A DNA stretch of 64,000 bases, from NCBI RefSeq assembly GCF_913062725.1, contig NZ_CAJXWY010000016.1:2320-66319 (forward strand), given 5' to 3'. A program made the position numbers and the translations under genes. The DNA comes from an uncultured Thiohalocapsa sp. (GTDB lineage: Bacteria; Pseudomonadota; Gammaproteobacteria; Chromatiales; Chromatiaceae). Positions 30,786 through 40,660 of this stretch are shown piece after piece; the first letter of the stretch is position 1; every line of letters starts with the position of its first letter. Under the pieces are notes generated by a model. The model was not told where the DNA came from. It saw only the letters and a program-made list of their open reading frames with translations, and did no database searches.

Positions 30786-33700
30786 GCGAGCCCACCTCCG
30801 CGTCGACGGGTGGCGCAGAGCGCAGCGGCGACTCGCGCACCCCGGCACGACAGCAGCCGCAAATGCACCACCGCGGTGACCTGATCGGGCTCTTTGCCCA
30901 TCACAAGGTCGCCGCCAATCTGCTGATGATCATCATGATCCTCACCGGTGTGTTCGCGCTGGACCGGCTCAACGTGCAGTTCTTCCCCACGTTCGAGCTC
31001 GACATCGTGCAGGTGCGGGTGGTCTGGACCGGCGCCAGCGCAGAGGACATTGAGGACGGCATCACCGAGCCGCTGGAACAGCGGCTGCGCAGCGTCGATA
31101 ACCTGGACAAGATGACCAGCACCTCCAGTCAGGGCATTGCGGCCATCACGCTGGAGTTCGACGAGGGGATAGATCCGCTGCTGGCGCTGGATCAGGTGCG
31201 TCGTTTCGTCGATGAGTTCCGTAACCTGCCGCAGGACGCCGAGAAGCCCGAAGTGTCCCTGCTCACGCGTTACGAGCAGGTGGCGCGCCTGTTGGTGACC
31301 GGTCTCGAGGACCCGGATGAGATGCGCAAGCTTGCGCGCCGCTTCGAGTCCGAGCTTCTCGACCGCGGCCTCGACAAAGTCAACATCAACGGTCTGCCGG
31401 ACGAAGAGATCGCGATCGAGGTGCCCACCGAGCACCTCGAGCAGCTGGAGCTCGGCTTGCAGACGCTCGGCGATCGCGTCGGTGCCTTCAGCCGCGACCT
31501 GCCCGCGGGCGCCGTGGGTCGGGGCGAGGGCGCCCGCGAGCTGCGCAGCCTGGACAAGCGCCGCGACCCGCTGGCCTTCGGCGATCTGCCGGTGAAGACC
31601 GGCGACGCACTGCGCATCGACCTGGGTGATGTCGCCGACATCGACCGCGGCCCCAGTGACAACACGGTGGACGTGACCGTCGACGGCAAACCGGCGGTGG
31701 AAATGGTCGTTCAGCGTGCAGAGAGCGGCGACACCCTGGAATCCGCCCTTGTGCTGGCGGACTGGCTCGCCGAAACCCGGCCCACGCTGCCGCCCGGCGT
31801 GGAGATCACCGTCTACGATGCCTCCTGGGAACTGGTGCGCGAGCGCATCATGCTGCTGGTGCGAAACGGCTTGGGCGGCCTGGTGCTGGTGGTGCTGATC
31901 CTGTACCTCTTCCTCACCGGGCGGGTGGCCTTTTGGGTGGCCTGGGGCATTCCCGTGTCCTTCGCCGCGACCCTGTTCATCCTCTACCTCACCGGCGGCA
32001 GCATCAACATGATCACGCTGTTTGCGTTGATCATGGCCCTGGGCATCATCGTCGACGACGCCATCGTCGTCGGCGAGGACGCCATGGCCCACTACCAGAT
32101 GGGCGAGGCCCCGCTGTTGGCGGCGGAAGGCGGTGCCCGGCGGATGCTGGCGCCCGTCATCGCCTCCTCCCTCACCACCATCGCCGCCTTTCTGCCGCTG
32201 ATGCTGGTGGGCGGGCGCATCGGCAACATCCTCGGCGCCATCCCGCTGGTGATCATCTGCGTCATCCTCGCCTCCCTGGTGGAGAGCTTCCTGGTGCTGC
32301 CGGGGCATCTGCGCAATGCCTTCGTGCACACGCACAAGCTCAAGCCCAACTCCATGCGCGCCCGCCTGGACCGGGGCTTCGAGGCCTTCCGCGACCGGGT
32401 GTTCCGACCCTTTGCCAGTGCCGCCATCGCCAATCGCTTCACAACGACGGCGGCGGCGGTCAGCTTGCTGCTGTTCGCCCTCGGGCTCATGGCCGGAGGA
32501 CGCATCGGCTTTACCTTCTTCCCGACGCCCGAGTCCCAGATCATCAACGCCAACGTCACCTTCGTCGCCGGCACGCCGCAGTCCACGGTCGACCGCTTTC
32601 TGCGCCATCTGGAGGAGACCCTCTACGCCACCGAGGCGGCGTTGGATCACCAGCCCACCGACGGTCAGCTCATCAACGCCGTCGTCGCCTACCATGGCAC
32701 CAAGACCGGCGATGGCGGCAACGCCGACCAGCTCGGCGGCCTGACGGTGGAGCTTATCGACGGCGATCTCCGTACCGTGCGCAACACCGAGCTCATCCGC
32801 GCCTGGCGCGAGCGTATCGCGCTGCCGGCGGGGCTCGAGAATCTGAACATCGGCTCGCGCCGCGTCGGCCCGCCGGGGCGGGACCTCACCATCCGTCTCA
32901 CCGGCCGCGATGCGGAGCGGCTCAAGGCGGCGGCGGTGGATCTCTCCGAGACCATCGCCGGCATCGAAGGTGCGCGTGAGGTGGAAGATGACATGCCCTA
33001 CGGTCGCGAGCAGCTCATCTATTCCCTGACGCCCGCCGGCGAGGCCCTGGGGCTCACGGTGGCGGATCTCGGGCGGCAGCTGCGCAACGCCTTCGACGGC
33101 CAGCTGGTGCAGATTTTCCAGGACGGCCCGGACGAGGTCGAAGTGCGCGTGCGCCTGCCGGACGCCGAGCGCGCGAGCCTGGCGAGCCTCTATCGGCTCA
33201 ATATCCGCACACCCGCCGGCGAGTCGGTGCCACTGACGGCGGTTGCTACGTTTGACTCACGCCGCGGCTTCGAGGTGCTGCGCCACGCCGATGGGCAGCT
33301 GGCGGTGGAGGTGACGGCCGATGTCAATGCCCAGGTCAACAATGCCAACCGCATCATCGAGGCGCTGGAGCAGGGGCCGCTGCCGACGCTGGCGCGCGAG
33401 TACGGCATCGATTACTCCTTCGAGGGACGCTCGGCGGATCAGCGCGATACGCTCTCCGATATGCGCAAGGGCCTGGTGCTGGGCCTGATCCTGATCTACC
33501 TGATCCTGGCCTGGGTGTTCTCGTCCTACGGCTGGCCGCTGGTGGTCATGGCCGTGATTCCCTTTGGTCTCACCGGCGCCCTCATCGGGCACTGGGCCAT
33601 GGGCATCGACCTCACCATTTTGTCGCTGTTCGGCATGTTCGGTCTCTCCGGCATCGTGGTCAACGACAGCATCATTCTGGTGACCTTCTACAAGCACCTG

Positions 33701-33991
33701 CGCGCCAGCGGCATGTCCATCCACGAGGCCCTGGTGGAGGCCGCCTGCCAGCGCCTGCGCGCCGTGCTGCTGACCTCGCTCACCACCATCGCAGGACTGA
33801 TGCCATTGCTCTTCGAGCAGTCCTACCAGGCCCAGTTCCTGATCCCCATGGCCACCTCCATCGCCTTCGGTCTCGCTTTTGCGACGGTGCTGGTGCTGCT
33901 GGTGATCCCATCGCTGTTGTCCATGCACGAGAGCGTCCACGGGCTGCTTCAGCGCCTCGGCGGCAAGCCCGAGCCGGCACCCAGCACCTGA
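30782..33991 (+). CDS. RND efflux permease (AcrB/AcrD/AcrF family)
   Basis: 1069 aa; LGIIVDDAIVVGE; SSLTTIAAFLPL; LSGIVVNDSIILV; RLRAVLLTSLTTIAGLMPL. Confidence 0.93.
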   Translation: MSEPTSASTGGAERSGDSRTPARQQPQMHHRGDLIGLFAHHKVAANLLMIIMILTGVFALDRLNVQFFPTFELDIVQVRVVWTGASAEDIEDGITEPLEQRLRSVDNLDKMTSTSSQGIAAITLEFDEGIDPLLALDQVRRFVDEFRNLPQDAEKPEVSLLTRYEQVARLLVTGLEDPDEMRKLARRFESELLDRGLDKVNINGLPDEEIAIEVPTEHLEQLELGLQTLGDRVGAFSRDLPAGAVGRGEGARELRSLDKRRDPLAFGDLPVKTGDALRIDLGDVADIDRGPSDNTVDVTVDGKPAVEMVVQRAESGDTLESALVLADWLAETRPTLPPGVEITVYDASWELVRERIMLLVRNGLGGLVLVVLILYLFLTGRVAFWVAWGIPVSFAATLFILYLTGGSINMITLFALIMALGIIVDDAIVVGEDAMAHYQMGEAPLLAAEGGARRMLAPVIASSLTTIAAFLPLMLVGGRIGNILGAIPLVIICVILASLVESFLVLPGHLRNAFVHTHKLKPNSMRARLDRGFEAFRDRVFRPFASAAIANRFTTTAAAVSLLLFALGLMAGGRIGFTFFPTPESQIINANVTFVAGTPQSTVDRFLRHLEETLYATEAALDHQPTDGQLINAVVAYHGTKTGDGGNADQLGGLTVELIDGDLRTVRNTELIRAWRERIALPAGLENLNIGSRRVGPPGRDLTIRLTGRDAERLKAAAVDLSETIAGIEGAREVEDDMPYGREQLIYSLTPAGEALGLTVADLGRQLRNAFDGQLVQIFQDGPDEVEVRVRLPDAERASLASLYRLNIRTPAGESVPLTAVATFDSRRGFEVLRHADGQLAVEVTADVNAQVNNANRIIEALEQGPLPTLAREYGIDYSFEGRSADQRDTLSDMRKGLVLGLILIYLILAWVFSSYGWPLVVMAVIPFGLTGALIGHWAMGIDLTILSLFGMFGLSGIVVNDSIILVTFYKHLRASGMSIHEALVEAACQRLRAVLLTSLTTIAGLMPLLFEQSYQAQFLIPMATSIAFGLAFATVLVLLVIPSLLSMHESVHGLLQRLGGKPEPAPST

Positions 33992-34143
33992 GAGCGCACC
34001 GGCGACGGAGTGCATTGGTCCATGTGGCGATAGCAGCCGGTGGCCATCGCAACCGCGGGCGGGGATTCGCGGCGAGCGCGGACGACGGCGGGCGCCCGGG
34101 CCGGCGTCGGAGGCTAACGACGCGTCAATGGCCGCGGACTTAC

Positions 34144-34152
34144 TGCTAGACT
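34144..34152 (+). promoter_or_regulatory. Extended -10 promoter candidate for the dab operon
   Basis: TG-C-TAGACT about 100 nt upstream of the dabB start. Confidence 0.35.
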
Positions 34153-34250
34153 GCGGCCCGTGGTCGGTGTCTCTGCGGTGCATGTCGCAGCAAGGCCGGC
34201 GTCGCGCGCGGCGCGCGGCAGCCATCATCATCGAGGTCTGATTTCGCCCC

Positions 34251-35930
34251 ATGGCCCTGCTCACCTATGCACTGGTGTTGCTGATGCTGTGCTCCGCGCT
34301 GGCGGTGCAGCTGAGCGCACCGCGGCTCGGCGAGGGCATTGCGCGCATCAGCGTCGCTGCCAGCGCCATCACCTTTGCGCTCGCCGTGGTGTTGTTCAGC
34401 TGGCGGCTCGGCACCGGCGACACCCCGCTGCTCAGCATCGGGCTCGGGCTGTTCTCGCTCTATGTGGACGCCCTCAGCACCCTGATGGCCGTGCTGGTGA
34501 GCGCGGTGGGGCTGGTGGTGCATGTGTTCAGCGTGCGCTACATGCAGGATGATCCGGCTTACACCCGGTTCTTCGTGCTCCTGGATGTCATCATTGGGGT
34601 GATCCTGCTGATGGTGCTGGCGGGAGACCTGCTGACGCTGCTGCTCGGCTGGCACCTGTTGGGTGTCTGCCTGTATTTCTTGCTCAACCACGACACGCGC
34701 CGTCCGGCGGCGAATCGCTTCGCCTTCTGGACACTGTTCACGCATCGGGTGGGGGATCTGCCGCTGCTGGCGGCCATCGCGCTGATTTACCATGCCTATG
34801 GCACGCTGAGTCTGCCGGCGGTGTTCGAGGCCGTCGCCGCCGAGCCCGACAAGGCGACGCTGCTGGGGCTACCGCTGGCGGAGACCCTGGGCCTGCTGGT
34901 GCTGCTGGCGGCCTTCGCCAAATCCGCCCAGTTCCCGCTGCACACCTGGCTGCCCTACACCATGGATGGTCCGACGCCGGTGTCGGCGCTGATGCACGCG
35001 GGCATCGTCAATGCGGGGGGCTTTCTCATCAATCGCTTCGCGCCGGTGTTCGCCGAAACCCAGTCGGTGTTGCTGCTGGCCTTTGCGGTGGGGCTCATCA
35101 CGACCATCATGGGCGCGCTGATGATGCTGATGCAGAGCGATATCAAGAAGGCGCTGGGCTACTCCACCATGGGCCAGATGGGCTATATGGTGATGGAGTG
35201 TGGGGTCGGGGCCTTTTCCCTCGCCATCTACCACCTCATCGCCCATGGCGTCTTCAAGGCGACGCTGTTCCTCGGCTCCGGCGCCATCATCGCCAATGCC
35301 CGCAAGGATCCGAATATCCCCGAAGGAGAAATCTACAAGTTCATGGTGGAGCGCAAGGTGCCGCATCCGCCCCTGTCCTGGGTGGTGTTCGCGGGTATTA
35401 CCATCACCGTCCCGCTGCTGATCGTGCTCGCGGCGCACCAGTTGGTGGATGAGGGCTTCCTGCACCACCAGGGCGCCTTGATCTTGCTTCTGTTCGGCTG
35501 GATCACCGGGGCGCAGACGCTGTTTTTCGTCTACAAGATCGGCGGCGAGCGGCCGTTCTCGGTGCTGCTCTATGTGGCACTCTCCTTCGCCGCCGTGATT
35601 CTGACCTATGTCCTGGTCGGTCACGCCTTCGATGCGCTGCTCTATCCCGATCCGGCCTTGCGCGAGGCGCTGTATCGGGCGGCTTCGGTGAATGCCACCA
35701 CCTTCGCGCTGGTGCTGGTGCTGCTGATGGTGCTGATTTCCGCCGGCTGGCTGGTGGTGTTCCGCTCCGAGGCGGCGCAGCAGCCGTTGACCCGGCGCTT
35801 CCGGGAGCTGCATCTGCGCCTGTATGCGCTGCTGTCGCGGGAGTTCTATGTGGCGGACTTCTACAGTCGCCTGGCCGAGCAAATGCTTGCGGCGTCCCGA
35901 CGGTTGAACGCCTGGCTGCGGTGGGTCTGA
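34251..35930 (+). CDS. dabB: DabB / NuoL(ND5)-like membrane subunit of the DAB inorganic-carbon pump
   Basis: AKSAQFPLHTWLPYTMDGPTPVSALMHAGIVNAGG; STMGQMGYM; HLIAHGVFKATLFLGSG; adjacent to DUF2309. Confidence 0.88.
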   Translation: MALLTYALVLLMLCSALAVQLSAPRLGEGIARISVAASAITFALAVVLFSWRLGTGDTPLLSIGLGLFSLYVDALSTLMAVLVSAVGLVVHVFSVRYMQDDPAYTRFFVLLDVIIGVILLMVLAGDLLTLLLGWHLLGVCLYFLLNHDTRRPAANRFAFWTLFTHRVGDLPLLAAIALIYHAYGTLSLPAVFEAVAAEPDKATLLGLPLAETLGLLVLLAAFAKSAQFPLHTWLPYTMDGPTPVSALMHAGIVNAGGFLINRFAPVFAETQSVLLLAFAVGLITTIMGALMMLMQSDIKKALGYSTMGQMGYMVMECGVGAFSLAIYHLIAHGVFKATLFLGSGAIIANARKDPNIPEGEIYKFMVERKVPHPPLSWVVFAGITITVPLLIVLAAHQLVDEGFLHHQGALILLLFGWITGAQTLFFVYKIGGERPFSVLLYVALSFAAVILTYVLVGHAFDALLYPDPALREALYRAASVNATTFALVLVLLMVLISAGWLVVFRSEAAQQPLTRRFRELHLRLYALLSREFYVADFYSRLAEQMLAASRRLNAWLRWV

Positions 35931-35933
35931 CCG

Positions 35934-36758
35934 ATGGGCGGGTTATTGGGCTCGATGCTGGCGCTGCCCTGCTTTGTACTGGCGGGACTCTGTCTGCCGC
36001 TGTTTCCGCTGAGCGTTGGCGTCAATCGCTTGTTGCAGCGCCAGCCAACGCGCGCCGGCGATCGGCTGGCGCAGCCGGGCACCAAGGCCTTGGTGCTGGT
36101 GACCCTGCCGCTGGTGGGCGTTACGCTGCTGGCGGCCGGGCGCTGGCTCGCGGCCGATGATGGCGGTTGGCTGGTGCGCGGCTTCGCGCTCTGGGGCGGG
36201 CTGACCTCGCTGCTGTACGCCTTTCGGCTGCTCAGCGCGCGGGATGGGCAGATCTGGATCGGTCAGCTCTACACCTCCGCCCTGGCGCTGGTATGGGTGG
36301 GTGTCGCCCACGACGTGCCGCCATTGCTGCCGGCGCTGGGACTGGCGCTGTCGCTGCTGCCGCTATGGTTCCTGCTGGACGGCCTGACGCGGCGCTTCGG
36401 CATCGCCCGCACCGGGCTCTATCCAGGGCTCGCGCTGCGCATGCCGCGATTTGCGGCGCTGTTCATCGTCGCCGTGCTGGTGGCCGTGGCCGTGCCTTTC
36501 TCGCCGGGCTTCTTCGCCATCGCCGACCTCGCCTTCGGCGGCGTCGGCGCCAATGCGCTGCTGACCCTGCTGCCGCTGAGCCTGGCCTGGCTGCTGTGGA
36601 CCTGGGCCGGCATCAATCTCCTCGCCGGTATCGTCTTCGGTGAGCCGCGGGTCGACCTGGACTATGCGGACTTGGACGGCCGCGCCGTGTTGGGGCATGC
36701 GGGCGGCATGATGTGTCTGGCGCTATTCGGCCTGGTGCTGGTGGAGCGCATGCTATGA
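35934..36758 (+). CDS. Membrane protein resembling a truncated, degenerate NuoM/ND4 antiporter-like subunit
   Basis: About 8 TM; GLALRMPRFAALFIVAVLVAVAVPFSPGFF resembles the NuoM C-terminal GL..MP....LA..GLPG..GF motif; tightly coupled to both neighbours. Confidence 0.65.
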   Translation: MGGLLGSMLALPCFVLAGLCLPLFPLSVGVNRLLQRQPTRAGDRLAQPGTKALVLVTLPLVGVTLLAAGRWLAADDGGWLVRGFALWGGLTSLLYAFRLLSARDGQIWIGQLYTSALALVWVGVAHDVPPLLPALGLALSLLPLWFLLDGLTRRFGIARTGLYPGLALRMPRFAALFIVAVLVAVAVPFSPGFFAIADLAFGGVGANALLTLLPLSLAWLLWTWAGINLLAGIVFGEPRVDLDYADLDGRAVLGHAGGMMCLALFGLVLVERML

Positions 36759-37309
36759 CCAAAGCGGTGTACGACGAGGCAGCAGGGATGACCACAGACG
36801 TCCATGGACAAGCCCCCGCCGACGAAGCGGCTTCGGGGCAGCGCCCGGGGGATGGCGGTAAGCATCGTCTGGCGCTCGGCAAGCAGCTCAAGATCCGCAG
36901 CATGGTGACCGTGGCCGGGGAGGTACTGCCGTTCTTCTGGCCCATGCGTCAGTTCATCCACCACAATCCACTGCACGGGTTGGAGCATCTGCCGTTCGAG
37001 GACGCCGTCACCGAGGCCGCGCGACTCTTCCATGCCCGGGGTTGGCTGCCGCGCTCGGCGTATCAGCGTATGCTCGCCGAGGGCGCATTGAACCGAGATG
37101 ATATCAGCGCGGAGGTTGACGCCTTCGTGACCGCCTGGCTCGGCGACCGGAGCCAGGGCGACGCCGCCGCGACGGACGGCGAGGTCGCCGCAATGCTCCG
37201 GGAGATACTGCTCGCCATGATGACCGCCACCAGCCAGCCGGGTCCCGGCGACCGCGAGCCCTGCGCCGAGGACGTCCTCGCCTGTCTGCGCCGCGGCGGG
37301 CGCGGCTGA
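36755..37309 (+). pseudogene. dabA: DabA (DUF2309) N-terminal part, ends at an apparent +1 frameshift
   Basis: FWPMRQFIHHNPLHGLEHLPFEDAV is the DUF2309 N-terminal signature; stop at 37307-37309; the next frame is open from 37224. Confidence 0.75.
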
Positions 37310-37346
37310 GCCGCAGCGGCGAGTCGTTCTGCGTACGCTGTCCATC

Positions 37347-40106
37347 ATGACCACCGCCTCCGCCAAGCCACTCGCCGAGCAGCTCGGGCGCGACCTCACG
37401 CTCTACGATGCCGCCGATCAGCTGTTCGGCACCCGCATCGGCGAGACGCTGAACGAGCTGCTCATCAAGGGCCTGATGGACTTCTTCGACGAGGGCCAGT
37501 CCGTCTGGCGCATGCCCGGGCGCCAACAGGGCCTGTTTCGCGCCTGGGCCAACATCGCCCGACGCAACCGTCGCCTGCGCATGCGCGGCCTGGATGTCGC
37601 CGCCATCCTCGATCGGGCGGACGAGCCCGAGGCCATGATCGACCTGGTGATGACGCGTCTCGGCGTGCCGGAACAGCACTGGATGCGCTATGTCACCGTG
37701 GAGCTCTCCCGCCTGCACGGCTGGGCCGGCTTCGTGCGCTGGCGGGCGCAGGCGGTCCACTATTACTGGCAGCAGCGCAATCCTGCGGACCTGACGGATT
37801 ACCTGGCGGTGCGCCTGGTGCTGGCGCTGGCGCTGCTGGAGGACGCCGGCCGGCGCCTCAGGCGCGACCTGCGCTGGCCGGCGCTGCTCGATTTTGCGGC
37901 TGCCCATCCGCGCGAGTGCCTGCTGCGTCGGGAGCTCAACGCCGGCACCGTCCTGCCGGACTTTGCGCACCGCATCGAAGTGGCGCTGGATGCGGGCGAG
38001 CCGGCGGGCCTCGACGCCCTGTACCTGGACTACGAGCGCGAGAAGATCACCCGCGAGGCCCGCACCCGAGCACGGCGGGTGGAGACCATGGCCGCCGCCG
38101 CGGGGATGGGCCGGGACGCCTTGCTCGGTCGCGACGATGAGACGCTGCACCAGGTCATCGACGGTGTCTACGCCGCCAAGGCCCATGAGGGCATGCTCTG
38201 GACCCGGTCGCTGGAGCGGGCGCATCTTCGCTGGCTGCTGGCGCAGATCGATGCGGCCGCGGCGGCGGATGCGCCCGGCGCGGCGCCGGCTGGCCCCATG
38301 GCCGGCGGCATGCCGCAGGGCCCGGGCGATGCGGTACAGGCGTTGTTTTGTATTGATGTTCGTTCCGAGCGCCTGCGCCGGCATCTGGAGGCGGTGGGCG
38401 ACTACGAGACCTTCGGCATCGCCGGCTTCTTTGGCATACCCATCGCTTTCGTCGAGTTCGGCAAGGGGCACGAGACCGCCCTGTGTCCTGCGGTGGTGAC
38501 GCCGAAGCACGTCGCCGTGGAGATGCCCCACAGCCATGCCAAGCACGCCGAATCGCTCTTCGAGCTGGCGCACGAGGTGGTGCATGACCTCAAGAACACG
38601 GTGCTCGCGCCCTATGTCACCGTGGAGGCGGTGGGGCTGTTGTTCGGCTTCGACATGGTGGGCAAGACCTTTGCCCCGCGTGCCTACAACACCTGGCGGC
38701 AGCGTCTGGAGACGCGGAAACCGCCGGCGCGCCTGCTGTTCGACAAGCTGTCCGAGGCCGACGCCTTGGAGTTGGTGGCCAATCTGCAAGACGAGATGGT
38801 GCTGCGCGCCGTGGAGCGGCACTTCGCGGTCAAGCGCGAGCAACTCACCAGCCCCATGATCCGCGAGCTGCGGGAGACGGCACTGGAAAACCGCAAGGGC
38901 CAGACCGAGCTCGCCCGCCGCTTCGGGCTGGATGCCGCCGGTGAGGCGGTGTTCATCCGCTCGCTCCAGGTTGAATACCGGGTCAATCCGGATCAGGCGC
39001 GTATCCAGCTGGAGCACCTCGCCAAGATCGGCTTCCGCCCACAGCGCCAGGCCCAGCTCGTCGGCGCGGCCTTGCGCGGCATCGGGCTGACGGGCGGATT
39101 CGGGCGGACGGTGCTGGTGGTGGGCCATGGCAGCACGTCGGAGAACAACCCCTACGAATCGGCCCTCGACTGCGGCGCCTGCGGTGGCGATCACGGGCTG
39201 GTGAATGCCCGCATCTTCGCAGCCATGGCCAACCGCCCGGAGGTACGCAAACTGCTGAAAGAGCAGGGCGTGGACATCCCCGCCGCGACCCGGTTCATTC
39301 CGGCCCTGCACGACACCACCACCGACGAGATCCGCCTGGCGGACCTCGACGAGCTGCCGCCGGCGCTGCTCAGACGCATCGACCGGATTTGCGAAGACCT
39401 CACCGCCGCAGGCCGCCTCACCGCCGCAGAGCGCTGCCAGGCGCTCGGCGAAACCGGCATCAGCGGCCCGGACGCCGCCGCCCGCCGGGTCAAGCGCCAT
39501 GCACTGGACTGGACCCAGGTGCGCCCGGAGTGGGGCCTGTCGAAGAACGCGTCCTTCGTGATCGGCCGCCGCGAACTGACCCAGCGGGTGAATCTGGACG
39601 GCCGCGCCTTTCTGCACAGCTACGACTACCGCGTCGATCCCAAGGGGCGTCTGCTCGAGACCATCCTGACGGGGCCGCTCATCGTTGCCCAGTGGATCAA
39701 CCTGGAGCATTTCTTCTCGGTGGTGGATAACGAGGCGTTCGGCAGCGGCAGCAAGGTCTATCACAACGTTGTCGGTCGCTTCGGCGTGGTCACCGGGAAC
39801 CTGAGCGATCTGCGCACCGGACTGCCGGCCCAGACCATGCTCCGCGGCCACGCGCCCTATCACCAGCCCATGCGGCTCATCACCGTCATCGAGGCGCCGC
39901 TCGCGTTGGTGGAGGCGTTACTGGCCAAGCTCTATAAACCGCGGGAGCTGGTTCACAACGGCTGGATCCGCCTGGTGGTGCTGGACCCCGAGACCGGCCG
40001 AGCGCAGGTGTACGATCCGGAGCACCGCGAGGGCGGTGCCTGGCGGCCGCAGCCCATCCGGCTCCCGGCGTGGGCAGAGCGCCATAACATGCAGGCGCCG
40101 TCATAG
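37347..40106 (+). CDS. dabA: DabA (DUF2309/UPF0753) main body, beta-carbonic-anhydrase-like soluble subunit
   Basis: LHGWAGFVRWR; QALFCIDVRSE, VGHGS and DCGACGG (Cys/Asp/His/Cys Zn ligands); RPEWGL; FLHSYD; GPLIVAQWINLEH; SGSKVYHNV. Confidence 0.9.
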   Translation: MTTASAKPLAEQLGRDLTLYDAADQLFGTRIGETLNELLIKGLMDFFDEGQSVWRMPGRQQGLFRAWANIARRNRRLRMRGLDVAAILDRADEPEAMIDLVMTRLGVPEQHWMRYVTVELSRLHGWAGFVRWRAQAVHYYWQQRNPADLTDYLAVRLVLALALLEDAGRRLRRDLRWPALLDFAAAHPRECLLRRELNAGTVLPDFAHRIEVALDAGEPAGLDALYLDYEREKITREARTRARRVETMAAAAGMGRDALLGRDDETLHQVIDGVYAAKAHEGMLWTRSLERAHLRWLLAQIDAAAAADAPGAAPAGPMAGGMPQGPGDAVQALFCIDVRSERLRRHLEAVGDYETFGIAGFFGIPIAFVEFGKGHETALCPAVVTPKHVAVEMPHSHAKHAESLFELAHEVVHDLKNTVLAPYVTVEAVGLLFGFDMVGKTFAPRAYNTWRQRLETRKPPARLLFDKLSEADALELVANLQDEMVLRAVERHFAVKREQLTSPMIRELRETALENRKGQTELARRFGLDAAGEAVFIRSLQVEYRVNPDQARIQLEHLAKIGFRPQRQAQLVGAALRGIGLTGGFGRTVLVVGHGSTSENNPYESALDCGACGGDHGLVNARIFAAMANRPEVRKLLKEQGVDIPAATRFIPALHDTTTDEIRLADLDELPPALLRRIDRICEDLTAAGRLTAAERCQALGETGISGPDAAARRVKRHALDWTQVRPEWGLSKNASFVIGRRELTQRVNLDGRAFLHSYDYRVDPKGRLLETILTGPLIVAQWINLEHFFSVVDNEAFGSGSKVYHNVVGRFGVVTGNLSDLRTGLPAQTMLRGHAPYHQPMRLITVIEAPLALVEALLAKLYKPRELVHNGWIRLVVLDPETGRAQVYDPEHREGGAWRPQPIRLPAWAERHNMQAPS

Positions 40107-40179
40107 ACTTTGCCGCAACCGGGGTTGCGGTGAGGCGGTGTCAGTCGGACCTTCTAACGCCATAACCCGGAGACCCCTC

Positions 40180-40515
40180 ATGCACGCGCTCAAGCACAGT
40201 CAGTTGAAAAAGCTGGAGATCATCGTTCAGGGGGAGCAGCAGGAGTTCGTGCTCGATCTGCTGGAGCGTGCCGGCGTCAGCGGCTGGACCGTGTTCCATC
40301 ATCTCTCCGGCAAGGGCAGCCACGGCGCCCACGATGCCCATCTCATGTTCAACGAGGACGACGTGCTGGTGATGATCATCACCGCCGTGCCGGCGGACAT
40401 CGCCGATGCGATCCTCGAAGGCCTCACGCCCTTCTTCAACCGCCACATGGGCGTCGTTTTCAGCACCGATATTCAGGTGAGTCGACTCGCAAAGTTTCAG
40501 CCGGTGGGGGGATGA
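40180..40515 (+). CDS. PII-like (SbtB-type) small regulator of the dab operon
   Basis: KKLEIIVQGE..LERAGVSGWT..SGKGSHG; GVVFSTDIQVSR; GGAG RBS. Confidence 0.8.
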   Translation: MHALKHSQLKKLEIIVQGEQQEFVLDLLERAGVSGWTVFHHLSGKGSHGAHDAHLMFNEDDVLVMIITAVPADIADAILEGLTPFFNRHMGVVFSTDIQVSRLAKFQPVGG

Positions 40516-40660
40516 CCGCCTTTGCGAGGCGTGGATTGGATCGGGTGTCGCCGGGCAAATGCCGCACGCGTAAGCCGTCTGTGACCGACGCCGAGGATGG
40601 CATGCCGAGTGTACGCCGCGTCATGCGATCCTCGTGCCCCGCGGCGCTGACCACACCCGC

